Source: Ascidiella aspersa (taxonomy: Eukaryota). Taken from it: 64,000 nt of DNA. The stretch covers positions 9,672,001 through 9,736,000 of the forward strand of contig OZ004612.1 in assembly GCA_963924565.1 (NCBI GenBank). The letters are read 5' to 3'. Made by a program: the position numbers and the translations under genes. Below are positions 46,223-56,756 of this stretch, piece after piece; within the stretch, counting starts at the first letter, position 1, and the number at the start of each line of letters is the position of its first letter. The notes beneath the pieces were generated by a model. The model ran no database searches. It worked only from the letters and a program-made list of their open reading frames with translations, and had not been told where the DNA came from.

Positions 46223-49200
46223 CTATAGAACATTTGGCATGGAAAACTTATATTGATATAGCCCAGACCGCGACCCATTAATCATGTTTGTGTGGTTCTT
46301 AGGTCCATGTTGCATTTCTTGTTTTTTGTTTTTACGATGCCCAGTAATAATTCTCGTGTGCTATATTTTTATTCTAATTTAACCACTTCAATGCATTTTT
46401 TTATTTTTAATATGCCTTGGCCCGTTTTGAGAAAAACTTCCATAAAAGGCGATGGCGTTTATTTCAAAAGTCAGTCAGTGTAAATAGAAAATCATATGTC
46501 GCTTACACAATATTGTAAATGTGCACATTTACAACAAATCTAGTAGGCTAGAGCAAAGGTACATGTTAGTAAAGGAAGAAACAGGGTGATATTTATTTCT
46601 GTCCATGTTAAAGTTAGTAAACCAAAGAAGAAATGTGGTTCCTGTTCTCTGACTGGTTGACCGCCCCTGTAAACGCGGTTTGCTCAACTCAATTGTAAAA
46701 GGGCCTCAAAACGCTGAGAATATTCTTGTGAAAAACGATAAAAAAAAAAACAGTTCAATCCATGTTAACCTCTATACTTTTGTAGATTCTTTTTCATCAG
46801 ACCATAATTACATGTTTTAAAATTAGTGCATTCCCTATAAAAAGAGGAGGTTTGTTGGTAGAAACTTACCAATCAATGTATCAAGCATTTCGAGTGAAAC
46901 TCATGCCCTTTTCCTAGAAAACCGACTAACAAAACATTCTAAAATCACGCACTATGATGTTTTTTTTTAATTTTGTCTCATCATTTGGTATTGCAACGAG
47001 CCCGGTATTTTAATGTTAAATTACTTGATAGGATGTTTCATATGTAGACTGATATTGGTCAGTTATAGGAAGGCACTCGGTGCATTTTGAATAAATTCCA
47101 GATATATGAGGCAAAACTGTTTCACAAAATATTGATGAGTCGAGTCAGAACCAGGATTCTAGTTTGGGTTGGTAGTTTAGAAGATGATGTCATAAAGTTA
47201 GGTGAGAACGTAACTTCATACAAAATTGTTTAAAGTAATAACTGTTCTGGAACGAACTGGCGTGCACATATGCAAGTAAACTCAGGCTAATCGTATGGCC
47301 CGACTTGTTTCCTGAAGGGCAAACTGAGTTTGTTTAGTTTAAACTAGAGGTTACAGTTCTGCTCCCGCTAAGATTGAATCCGACTCGATTTGACTTTGCT
47401 AAGGTTGCGTGTTCCAACAGCTTAGCCACAGCAATCTATTAAACGTATCTGGTTTTATTGAATAACAGTAGAACGGCAATCAACATACAGAAATAGGGAA
47501 AGGTCCAGGGTCTAGAATTACGGTCCAGCATAATAGCTTCTGTCTGTTACATTATGTTAGTTGAATGGGTTAGAATTATTTAGCAGAGGCGGGTTAACGT
47601 GTTTTATGGTCATTGGGTCACGTCATAAAGTTTGGCTTTAAAACTTAGTTTTGAATAATAGCAACAAATAATGGAATGTCCACCACACTTCCACTCCTGG
47701 ATTCGCCTCTGCTTATGATAATATAGTATTCAACCCTTGATATATACGCTCTTTTTATTGTATTCTAAGTGCCTTGGTTGTGGTTTGATTGTCATATGGT
47801 TGTACTATGGACAACTTTATTGTTTATTTTGTTTTATACAGGGTTTTACAACCTTGTAAACCGACGGATGAAAAATGTGTATCATGAACTAGCGGAACTA
47901 GCCCATGGGCCAAATATTTGTACGCAAACTGTAGACCGGGCGCAAACGCTTCGCATCGAGAAGATTAACCTTAACTAAAGTGCTTGCAAACTAGGTCTTT
48001 TCCCAAGGTGTTCTTTAGTCAGTAGTCAGTACGCCTAGATGAGATTTCGTGAACCCTATTGTTTATGTGAAAGCTCAAACACGTCCGTTGAACAAATGCA
48101 AACTTCGCAGCCACGGGATTTGCTGGGACCATGTACTGAACCAATTTTAAATAAGCCACAACATATCGAACAGAATTAGTGGCGTTATTCTTGATATATG
48201 TGCTGATAAAAGCTTGGCAAATAAACTGTACGGTTATCATGTATTTTTAAAGAGGCAATAAAACGACTCGTCTCCCGGAGTCCGGTCAAAATAGTTAACC
48301 AGTCCGATTTTTGGCTAAATAAGCGATTTCGTCGATTCCCGAGTCCGGCTCTGACATTACACTCAGAATTTCACCCATTTACCTAACTAAAACATGGATA
48401 TTAAGCAACCAGCACTTACAGGGGTGTTATATAACTCATACCTCGTCCACTCACAATATACATGATTTTTTGACGTTTTTGCATCTGCAGGACTTATTTG
48501 TCTCATGAAATGGGATTTAGAAGTCTTAAGATGAACTTTAATCTATCCTTTAACATACCACAGCATTTAACTTAAAATGTCAGAACAGAAAGTGGTTTAT
48601 TTTGCATTAAAAAAATGCTACTCAAGTGAACCATTGGTCCCCACCCACGGGACAGTTGGTTCAAGGGTTGGAGACAATTGATTTTAGAACATCTTGTTGA
48701 CGAAGAACTCAAACACCGTCCATTACAATTGCAATTTTCATCTGCAATAATTGCTAATTTATATTTACTACTATATAAGGTCTTGTACTTTAAATCACAT
48801 TTCCGTATTATGACCCGTAAGAAGCAATTTTGACGTCATCACTATCGTCTGTTTGTTTGTTGATACGTTTTAGACTACGACCAACCAGTTTAGAGATGCC
48901 GTAGGAAATTTGTTTACCTCTGTGATTTGTTTGTTCGGTAAGCGAACAATACTGATTTACTAATCCACTGGTCCCCACCGGGTTGTGAACCACAGGACCC
49001 ATGGCGGCAATTTACATTTGGCGTGACCTGAGTTGAAACTTAGACTAGCTTTTCAGGTGTACTATTTTTGCCATCAGCTAACTAAAATGCAATAAGAATT
49101 TTTCCTTTTAAACCACAATATACAACACTTTGCTCTAGTGCAAAAAAGCCCTTTAGATCTTCAGCATTGATCTTAATTAGTCCTAGTTACATCACACCAA

Positions 49201-49849
49201 AATCTATACAGCAGTATACCTACACAATACACGGCATCACACAGTTAAATATGCAGGAAGGAAGGCTAGCAAAATCTTGCCAGCCTTCTGGTGACAAGCA
49301 TTTTTGGCCTAAATTCTTCGGTTTTTGGTCGCACCCCTATACTCAAATGATGTGTTCGCCTAAGGAATGTACAAACCTTGCCATGTTTTGGCGATAAACA
49401 AGGCTATTAATAAGTAAATTAGACAAGAAAACATTGCGCTGAAGGCCAAAATTTATTGTGACATTAAGTCATTAACAAATACATAAGGGGCATGTAAAGG
49501 TACAACCTGGGGTCTTGTACATGTCTGCTTTTCTTACTCTAAAAATGTTATATAGATAAGCTGTTTTCAGGCGAACTTGTGTGAATACATGCAGTTCAAA
49601 ACCAGATTGAAAATCACGAAAAAATATTCTTTGGATAAATTAGGTTAAATTTCCAATTTATATTGAAATAAGGATATTTATAATAAAATTTAGTAGAAAC
49701 TGTCACAGTCACAGTGCAACATGGCACATTGCCACACAGTATGCATATTATCTCTGGGATAGATAGAGTAAAACCAGGCTAAAATTCGCGCGAAGCGTAA
49801 AAAATTTTTGCGTTTCCGTATTGAAAACAACCAAAAATATACTTTAGGC

Positions 49850-50724
49850 CAGACCTGGGCAACATACGGCCCGCGGGCCGGATCCGGCCCGCCAAGCAGT
49901 TCTATCCGGCCCGCGGCGTATTGTACTTAAAATACATCATAGGCTCAGTTTCTATATGTTTGGTTGTATCGTAAACAGGGACGGATCTAGTCATGATCCC
50001 GCCAAATTCGATTTTAGCCTGTTTTAAATACTAAAACGAAAATTGTTTAAATACTAAAACGAAAATTGAAAATTGAATCTATAGTGTCTTTGTCGTGTGT
50101 TCCACGCGATTTTTCGGCAACTTTACAGACAAATAGCGTCCTCTGCATTGTGGCACTCTCTCCAACGAAAGTTGAACAAACTTAGCCTAAATACTTACAT
50201 ATTTTTAGCGCATCGAAAGTATTCCATCTTTAAAATATGAGCGAAATACCGACTGTTGTCTTAACTCTAAATATTACACTTGTTAACCTAATTTAGTTAC
50301 TGCCATGTTGTGCAGTTCTTCCGATTTATATCGCATTTGCAATATGGCCGTTGTACCGCACGTAACACATCGGCAACTTGAAGCTTTATAAAGCCCAAAA
50401 AACATAGCAAGTTTTTTTTGAATGAAATTTTTCGTATTTTAATCTAAACTTTTGGGTCAACGCGCCCCACAACTTGAAAAAAACATTGTCGCAATTGTTT
50501 TTGCGCTTCGCGTGACGTCTTGTGGCCTTCTTTAAATTCGAGTTAAATTGCACATATTCGCATAACTCTAAACGTAATAATAAACTCGTTAGCTTATTCG
50601 TTTTATTCCGTCAGAGTTTCTGACGTCATTTTGCGTGTATTTTAGATCCTATTTGTGATCCGGCCCGCCACAACATTTTATGTTTGTCATGCGGCCCGCG
50701 GCTAAAAATAATTGCCCACCCCTG
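49850..50724. mobile_element. hAT/Charlie-like MITE
   Basis: Ends CAGACCTGGGCAA/TTGCCCACCCCTG, CGGCCCGCGGGCCGGATCCGGCCCG subterminal palindrome, TSD CTTTAGGC/CCTTAGGG. Confidence 0.82.
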
Positions 50725-51470
50725 CCTTAGGGCGAGAAAGATAGCCTGGTATATCCTTAATATGCCGATGCAAATGTTATACCTGTAGGCCCTACATTTA
50801 ACAGGAATGGGGAATTCAACTTAATATAAGAGTACTTGCCAAATCAAAGTAAAACTGCAAACACATAACAATTCTATGATCAAAATTGTGTACTTTTTTA
50901 AAATAACAAACAATCTATATGCCTAACACTAGCTTTTTATCACTTACCAAAGTGCTTCACACTACCGTAACTTTTTTCGAAATGGCACAACAAAATCAAT
51001 TTCCGACAATTGTAGTTGTAATGTTATTACATATTTCTGCTTTTTAAAAATAGAAGTAAGATATATGTGTAGAAAGAACCGCAAGGTATTTTGTAAATTG
51101 GATCTTAAAAAATAATTTTTTTCCAAGAAAAATTTTCAAAACAATTTTTTTTGTCTTAAATTTTTTTTTGCACCAAATTTCTTCGGTTTTCTAGCTGATT
51201 CTTCGGCCGACATAATCGCCAAGTCACCAACATTCTGCCATACTGCAGGAAGGCCAGCAAAAACTTCTCTATGCGTACTGATGCTATACATGCCTTCGCA
51301 GAAACACGTTGGAAAATCGAGGCAGCGCATTTTATGAAGACTTTTACGTGGTCGGATCGCCAAAGCCTTTTTGGAAGTCTGTGAGGTGTTTGTCCTACTT
51401 GGTCGCTGGTAGGAATCTGCTGTACATCCAAATTCATTTTGGCTGTGGTCCGGTATGGCTTCGTATATAC

Positions 51471-52045
51471 CAGGGGTCGGCAACCTTTTTCTAGTCGCGG
51501 GCCCAAACCAAACTCAGAAAGGTCCCTGCGGGCCGCACAAAATGCTAACTAAGAATTGTGTTTTTAAAATGTTAGAACAACTGTGAATCAAGAGGGCCTC
51601 GAATATTTTTTGCAATTAAAAACGTGTTTAATTACAGTTACAGAGGCAGTAAAGTGTTGGCGCAAAGCGCGAAAAAAGGTTTGGTTTAAAATTGGAGTTT
51701 ACACGTCGACTCGTCATTCATACTGCTAATGAAAAGTCTAATAAACTACTTTGAGGGGAACGCAATAACATTTAAAGATAATCTAGCCGAGAGTTTGTTA
51801 ACAGTTTTAAGTCAAGGCGGACCAGGCGAGCGAAAGTTTTTATTACATTGCCGAAAATTTACCGTTTTTCCGCGACGTACTTGGCAGCTTTCCACGGCGC
51901 AATGGTAAAGAATTGCTGGTTAAGTTGAAAAGACAGCATCACGTAGTTAAAATAGTCAAAAAGTATTTGAAATGAACTCTTTTCTAATTTTTCAAAGAGG
52001 CGGCGGGCCGGATCCGGCCCGCGGGCCGTAGGTTGCCGACCCCTG
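51471..52045. mobile_element. hAT/Charlie-like MITE (same family as 37633-38517)
   Basis: TIR CAGGGGTCGGCAACC/GGTTGCCGACCCCTG; flanks GTATATAC/GCATATGC. Confidence 0.88.
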
Positions 52046-52356
52046 GCATATGCCATCACATCTCTTTGCGTAACAACTCTCGTATGTCGGCTGTATTAGA
52101 TTATAATTAATTACGGATTAACTCTGAAAAAACAACAAAACAATTGCACTAAATCGAGTTGTTGTTTTTAGGGTATAACTCATACAGTACACGTTATGAT
52201 TACGTTTTTGTTGTTCGTTGCGACTTCACAGTCCATCGGAACAATTTGCAACACGAACAATACAATACCACATGAACGAACCAGAAGTGCAACAAAATAG
52301 GAAACGCTGCATTTGAAGCACAGTATAGGAATCGTAAGACGGGAGAACGTTTTTCA

Positions 52357-53007
52357 TCAGGACTTATGAAAGTAACGTAACGCAACAAAGCACACAGCAT
52401 AAAACGTCCAGCGCAAGACGGCTAACGCAAGAGAGAACCCGTTAGGCGCCAAACATTCTTTCGTTTCACCACCGTAATAATAGTCGGATATTGAACGATA
52501 GCTTTGCTTTCGAAAGCCGCCTTTAAGCTTTTCGCACAGCAGTGTTTCCAGCCCCGGGTTCGATAAAATTTGCTTTGTCCTTTCGCTTGGGTTCAACCTC
52601 CAATTGAAGTACTCCCGATAAGCGGTGTCGTTCTTTGCGAGATAAAGAAGATACTCGGCCAGGTGAGCTGGAGAAGTAAAGTCTTCCGCGTGAATGAAAG
52701 ACCCAGAGGGAGCCAATCGAGTAACGTCAGCTTTGGAGGGACCCCAGACCACCGGGACTCTCCCTAACTTGATGGCGTTCTTCCAGAACTTTTCAGTCAT
52801 GTAATCCTCGCAGTGAAGCGAGTTTTCGAACGAGAGGTAAAACTTGTAGGAGCCAAGTGTTTCCGGAGGAAGTTTTCCGAATTCCTTCTTGTTGTTGAAG
52901 CACGCGCCGTAGCGATGAACCGGAAGTCCAGCTTGGATGAGGTCCTTCACATACTTCATCCTCATCCTTGATCCGGGAAGAAGGTCGCAGTTGCTCACTA
53001 CCCAAAG
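52357..53007 (-). CDS. FucT-B last exon
   Basis: TAG acceptor; LWVVSNC...YKFYLSFENS...; 27-aa C-terminal extension relative to A. Confidence 0.95.
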   Translation of the reverse strand, partial: LWVVSNCDLLPGSRMRMKYVKDLIQAGLPVHRYGACFNNKKEFGKLPPETLGSYKFYLSFENSLHCEDYMTEKFWKNAIKLGRVPVVWGPSKADVTRLAPSGSFIHAEDFTSPAHLAEYLLYLAKNDTAYREYFNWRLNPSERTKQILSNPGLETLLCEKLKGGFRKQSYRSISDYYYGGETKECLAPNGFSLALAVLRWTFYAVCFVALRYFHKS

Positions 53008-56000
53008 CTAAAAAACAAATAAAGCTTAAATATAGAATTGCGCTGAATTTGCAGCGCTAACCAGGTATAATTGCACAGCCACACCACACTTTTTCCTTCA
53101 GGTATTTTATTCTCTCTTTTTCAAATGTTGGTTGTCAATATAGAATCAGTAGATTAAGTTTTGTTTAGCTTGTTAACCAATAATTAGTAACACCAAACCC
53201 CGATTTGTAATCTTAAAATAAATAACTAATTTAAACATGTGGTTAGAAATGCAATACTGTACAAATAAACAAATATTCGAAAGTGTGTGCATGACTTAAC
53301 GCTTCTATAACGATCTAAAAAATAGAAACCTTACCGCAATATTCAACTTGTTTTTTAATAGGTCTTCCACTCCAGCTTTTCCTTTTTCTAGAACTTGATT
53401 AGCTGCACTGGAGTAGGACGCAAATATATCGGAGTCTGTTTTGTAAGTCACGGTCCAGTTGATAAAATGTCCGTCGAAGTTGCGCATGTTTCTGTCTTCC
53501 ACATTTTGCACGTAGCTTGGCGTTTCCGTGACATAAAAGGCGAACACTTGGTCAGGGTTTCTGCCATAAAAACGCAATGAGTCAAATAAGCAAAAATCGA
53601 GGAAAGCGTCGCGTTTCCAAAAAAAGATTTTTTTTACAGGCCCCACTGACCTGAATATTATTAATAAATTGGGCGGTGTCCCCGATTAAAACACTTTTAT
53701 TTCAAATCCGAATTTAACTTGGTAAAAAATCGATTTAAGCCACAATCGATTCAAATGAAACTAATAGCGAATTAGGAAAAAGCCAGGACGCGACGTGTAA
53801 TTTACATGGAAGCATTTAACCCAAATTAAATGCAAACCCTAGACATATCAAAAGACAAAATTTAAAAACACATAAAATCAAGGCATTTTAAGCTGAGCAC
53901 TAAAGGCACTGATAAATATCACCATAAATATGGCCTTCTTAGAATCTCGTATTTTAGGTTCTTTGTAAGTGATATTTAGAAGTGAAAGAATATTAAATCC
54001 CCGCAACGAACGGGGTACATTTCATACAAATGTTCAAACAAACAGGAGGTTTTTAACAACTTGTATATATTTTGTAGGAGCTTTAAAAAGTATTCTATCT
54101 CGCAGTACAGACCGCAAAGACTATGATATAAAGCGAAATTGGTGTAAGATATAAAAATACCGATTCTAACTCACTTAAGTCACAAATCATTGCCCGTGTG
54201 TGATTCCCTTAAGACCTAAGTGTTGCGCGGAAAGATAACAATTTGCATATCAAGCTTCTGTTGATATTATTTCATGATGACTTTAGTCAGTTAGTTAAAC
54301 AGAGCAGCTAACGCTAGAACTCACGTTATTCTAAATAAATCTTAACAACGTTCAAATTAATAAAAAAATAATAAATAAATCTTAATAACGTTAAAATTAT
54401 TAACATTTAAACGTTATACTGTAAGTGAGAAGTTATGGACGTACTTTTTTAAAATTATGGTTGATCGCATTTAGAGTAACATGTATTGTTTGTTTTAGTG
54501 AAATGTAGTTTTGATTTGTTCAGAAAATGCGACGAAAATATCAATTAATTGTGAAACTCAACCTAAATAATAATAGTGTATAATATTGAAACTACATTTG
54601 GAACAAGTCACAGACAAAATACGACTGCAAGTTGAGGAAAACGTTCCTCTATTTAGGTGGAAAGTATCGTAAGACCATAACCTGTAGTGTTTCCACGGCA
54701 TACGCTCCTCATCCAAGGCGCTGTAATGGAAAAACACTGCACTGGCTGTTTTTAGCTGGTCTCGGTCGTACGTGAATCGACAGCCGTTTATTACAGTGCC
54801 CTCTGGGATACCGTCCTGTACGCGTCCGTGGGGATGGCGCCACAGCAGTATGGTGTGCTCATCTTGCGTCCATTTGATGGGATCCCTACACGCAAGAACG
54901 ACACGTAAATAATGCATAAGGGTGCTTTGAGAGACAAGGGCACTCTCAATGTGTCGCCACAGCCTTTCTGATTCCACGTCCATCTGTTGTCGTGTGATAA
55001 TATCGCTTATTGCGGTCTGCCTTTTACTGAGCATTTTGTCATACAATAAACAGAAAACTAAGTAACACTTATAATTCCTTCAGCGTTATTTGATTTTAGG
55101 TCTTAAATGAAGTACTATACCTTTTGCTTGGTTATTTACATTATATTGGCTCACATAATGAATATATATAGTCATAAATAATATGACCTTATATATTCAG
55201 TTCACTTAAATAGGATTGCTCACCCGTCGTAGATCACTTTGTTGTCAGAAGATTTTAGTCGAACGCTGCAACAAAGTACAATGTTTTATATATATATATA
55301 GGCCTACTATATATAAAGGGCGTATTTGGGGAACACTTATAAACCAATCAACCATTTTGTCAACTCTAAGGTAAAAACCAGCGAAACAGTTTAACTTTAT
55401 TTTTTGATAAATGAAATAGAGGCTTATGTTTGGAGTTTAAAAAGGTTGACCAGTAAACATGACGTAAAATTGCAAACCACTGAACTGACAATAAATCATA
55501 ATATGTTGTCGTTTGAGTAAGATTAATTAATCGATTACAAAAATACCCCACTAGCCAAATTAAAGAAAATTGACCAAAAGCTTTGACAAATTTTTAACCT
55601 AACTTGTCGTTTTGCATTGACAACGTTTTGTGCTCTACTCGTTCACCAGGGACATCGCCATCGATCTGATACGAACATATTGATCGAAAATGCTGGCTTG
55701 AAAAAATAAGGGCAAATAGCACCACATGACAGCGTTGCAATGACTTAAGTCAATGAAAATGCACTTAAATGCACTTAAGTCACTGTTTTTAAATGACATG
55801 ACTTGACTTAAGTCTTTTGAAAAAATGACTTGGGTTAAAATAAAGAAAATATAAGTATTTTTTTATAAAATTCAGCCATTTGTCCAAATTTTTGCACAAA
55901 AAACAAATGGCTTGCTATATGTTCTGTTTTCGTTAGTTTTTAGTTCAGTTATTGTTCATAATCATGCGAGTTTAAATTTTTTTAAAGTTTGCGGTTTATT

Positions 56001-56555
56001 TTTATGACAAGAACATGACTTGAAGTTGACTTGCTCTAGTTATGACTTGACTGGGACTTGACTTGCGCAACTGATGACTTGGACTAGGACTTGACTTGTT
56101 ATTTATTCGAAAAGACTTGACTTGGACTTAAGTTATTTTACAAATAACTTGACTGGGACTTAGTCATTTTAAAATGACTTGTTTACAACACTGCCACATG
56201 AATAAATGATTGTGAATCACATCATATCAAAACATGACGTTAGCCTAGCTTAGGCCATGAGAAATTTATTTTTTCTTTCTTTTAAATATGAATGTGACAC
56301 ACAAACTTGTTTTGGCCGGATATTTCTGCCAATGTATGATGGCAGCAAGAGTATTTTTCCGATTGCATGCATTACATGAATATTATTGCTATAACTTGTC
56401 AATCAATTGACTTCAAAATCACTTTACCTGTTTAACAACGGGAAGTAAGGATTGTAAAAAGCCCGAGATATCAGACACAGATCCAGGAGCAACAGCGCAA
56501 GGCCCGCCACAAGTGCAGTGGCTTGAAGGCGCCTTCGCTTGAGAAGCTTAAACAT
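52357..56555 (-). CDS. Alpha-1,3-fucosyltransferase (CAZy GT10), paralog B; 6 coding exons, 447 aa
   Basis: Exons 56555-56428, 55696-55604, 55265-55224, 54885-54682, 53560-53335, 53007-52357 with phases 2,2,2,2,0. N-terminal basic tail + TM (MFKLLKRRRLQATALVAGLALLLLDLCLI). Same GT10 motifs as paralog A. Confidence 0.9.
53335..53560 (-). CDS. FucT-B exon (NPDQVFAFYVTETPS...NWTVTYKTDSD)
   Basis: CAG acceptor, GCG|GTAAGG donor, 226 nt. Confidence 0.93.
54682..54885 (-). CDS. FucT-B exon (ILLWRHPHG...VFFHY)
   Basis: TAG acceptor, AG|GTTATG donor, 204 nt. Confidence 0.93.
55224..55265 (-). CDS. FucT-B 42-nt micro-exon (VRLKSSDNKVIYDG)
   Basis: TTGCAG acceptor, CGG|GTGAGC donor. Confidence 0.8.
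55604..55696 (-). CDS. FucT-B extra 93-nt stem exon (QHFRSICSYQIDGDVPGERVEHKTLSMQND)
   Basis: T-rich tract + AAG acceptor, AA|GTTAGG donor, phase 2-2, open frame; no counterpart found in A. Confidence 0.55.
55730..56193. mobile_element. Same AAGTC-MITE family, opposite orientation, in FucT-B intron
   Basis: TIR CAGCGTTGCAA/TTACAACACTG; perfect TSD CCACATGA; (GACTT)n arrays. Confidence 0.9.
56428..56555 (-). CDS. FucT-B first coding exon (tail + TM)
   Basis: ATG, KRRR basic tail, hydrophobic stretch, CAG|GTAAAG donor in phase 2. Confidence 0.82.
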
Positions 56556-56648
56556 GCCTTATGTTAACCATGCCACAACGACCAAGAAGCCATGCGGTGA
56601 TGCCTGTTCAACAAAAATGGAAAACTCTACATAAGTGGCGAGTTATTG

Positions 56649-56756
56649 ACGTCTTTCAGCAGTAAATCTAGCCTAAATATCCAAAGTCTTTCAGTTATAT
56701 CTAGCTTAAATATTCAACGTCTTTCAGCAGTTAAGCTAGCCTAAAAATCCAACGTT
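56649..56756. repeat. ~35-bp imperfect tandem repeat x3 upstream of FucT-B ATG exon
   Basis: GTCTTTCAG(CAG)T.AA.CTAGC.TAAA.AT.CAA three times. Confidence 0.8.
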
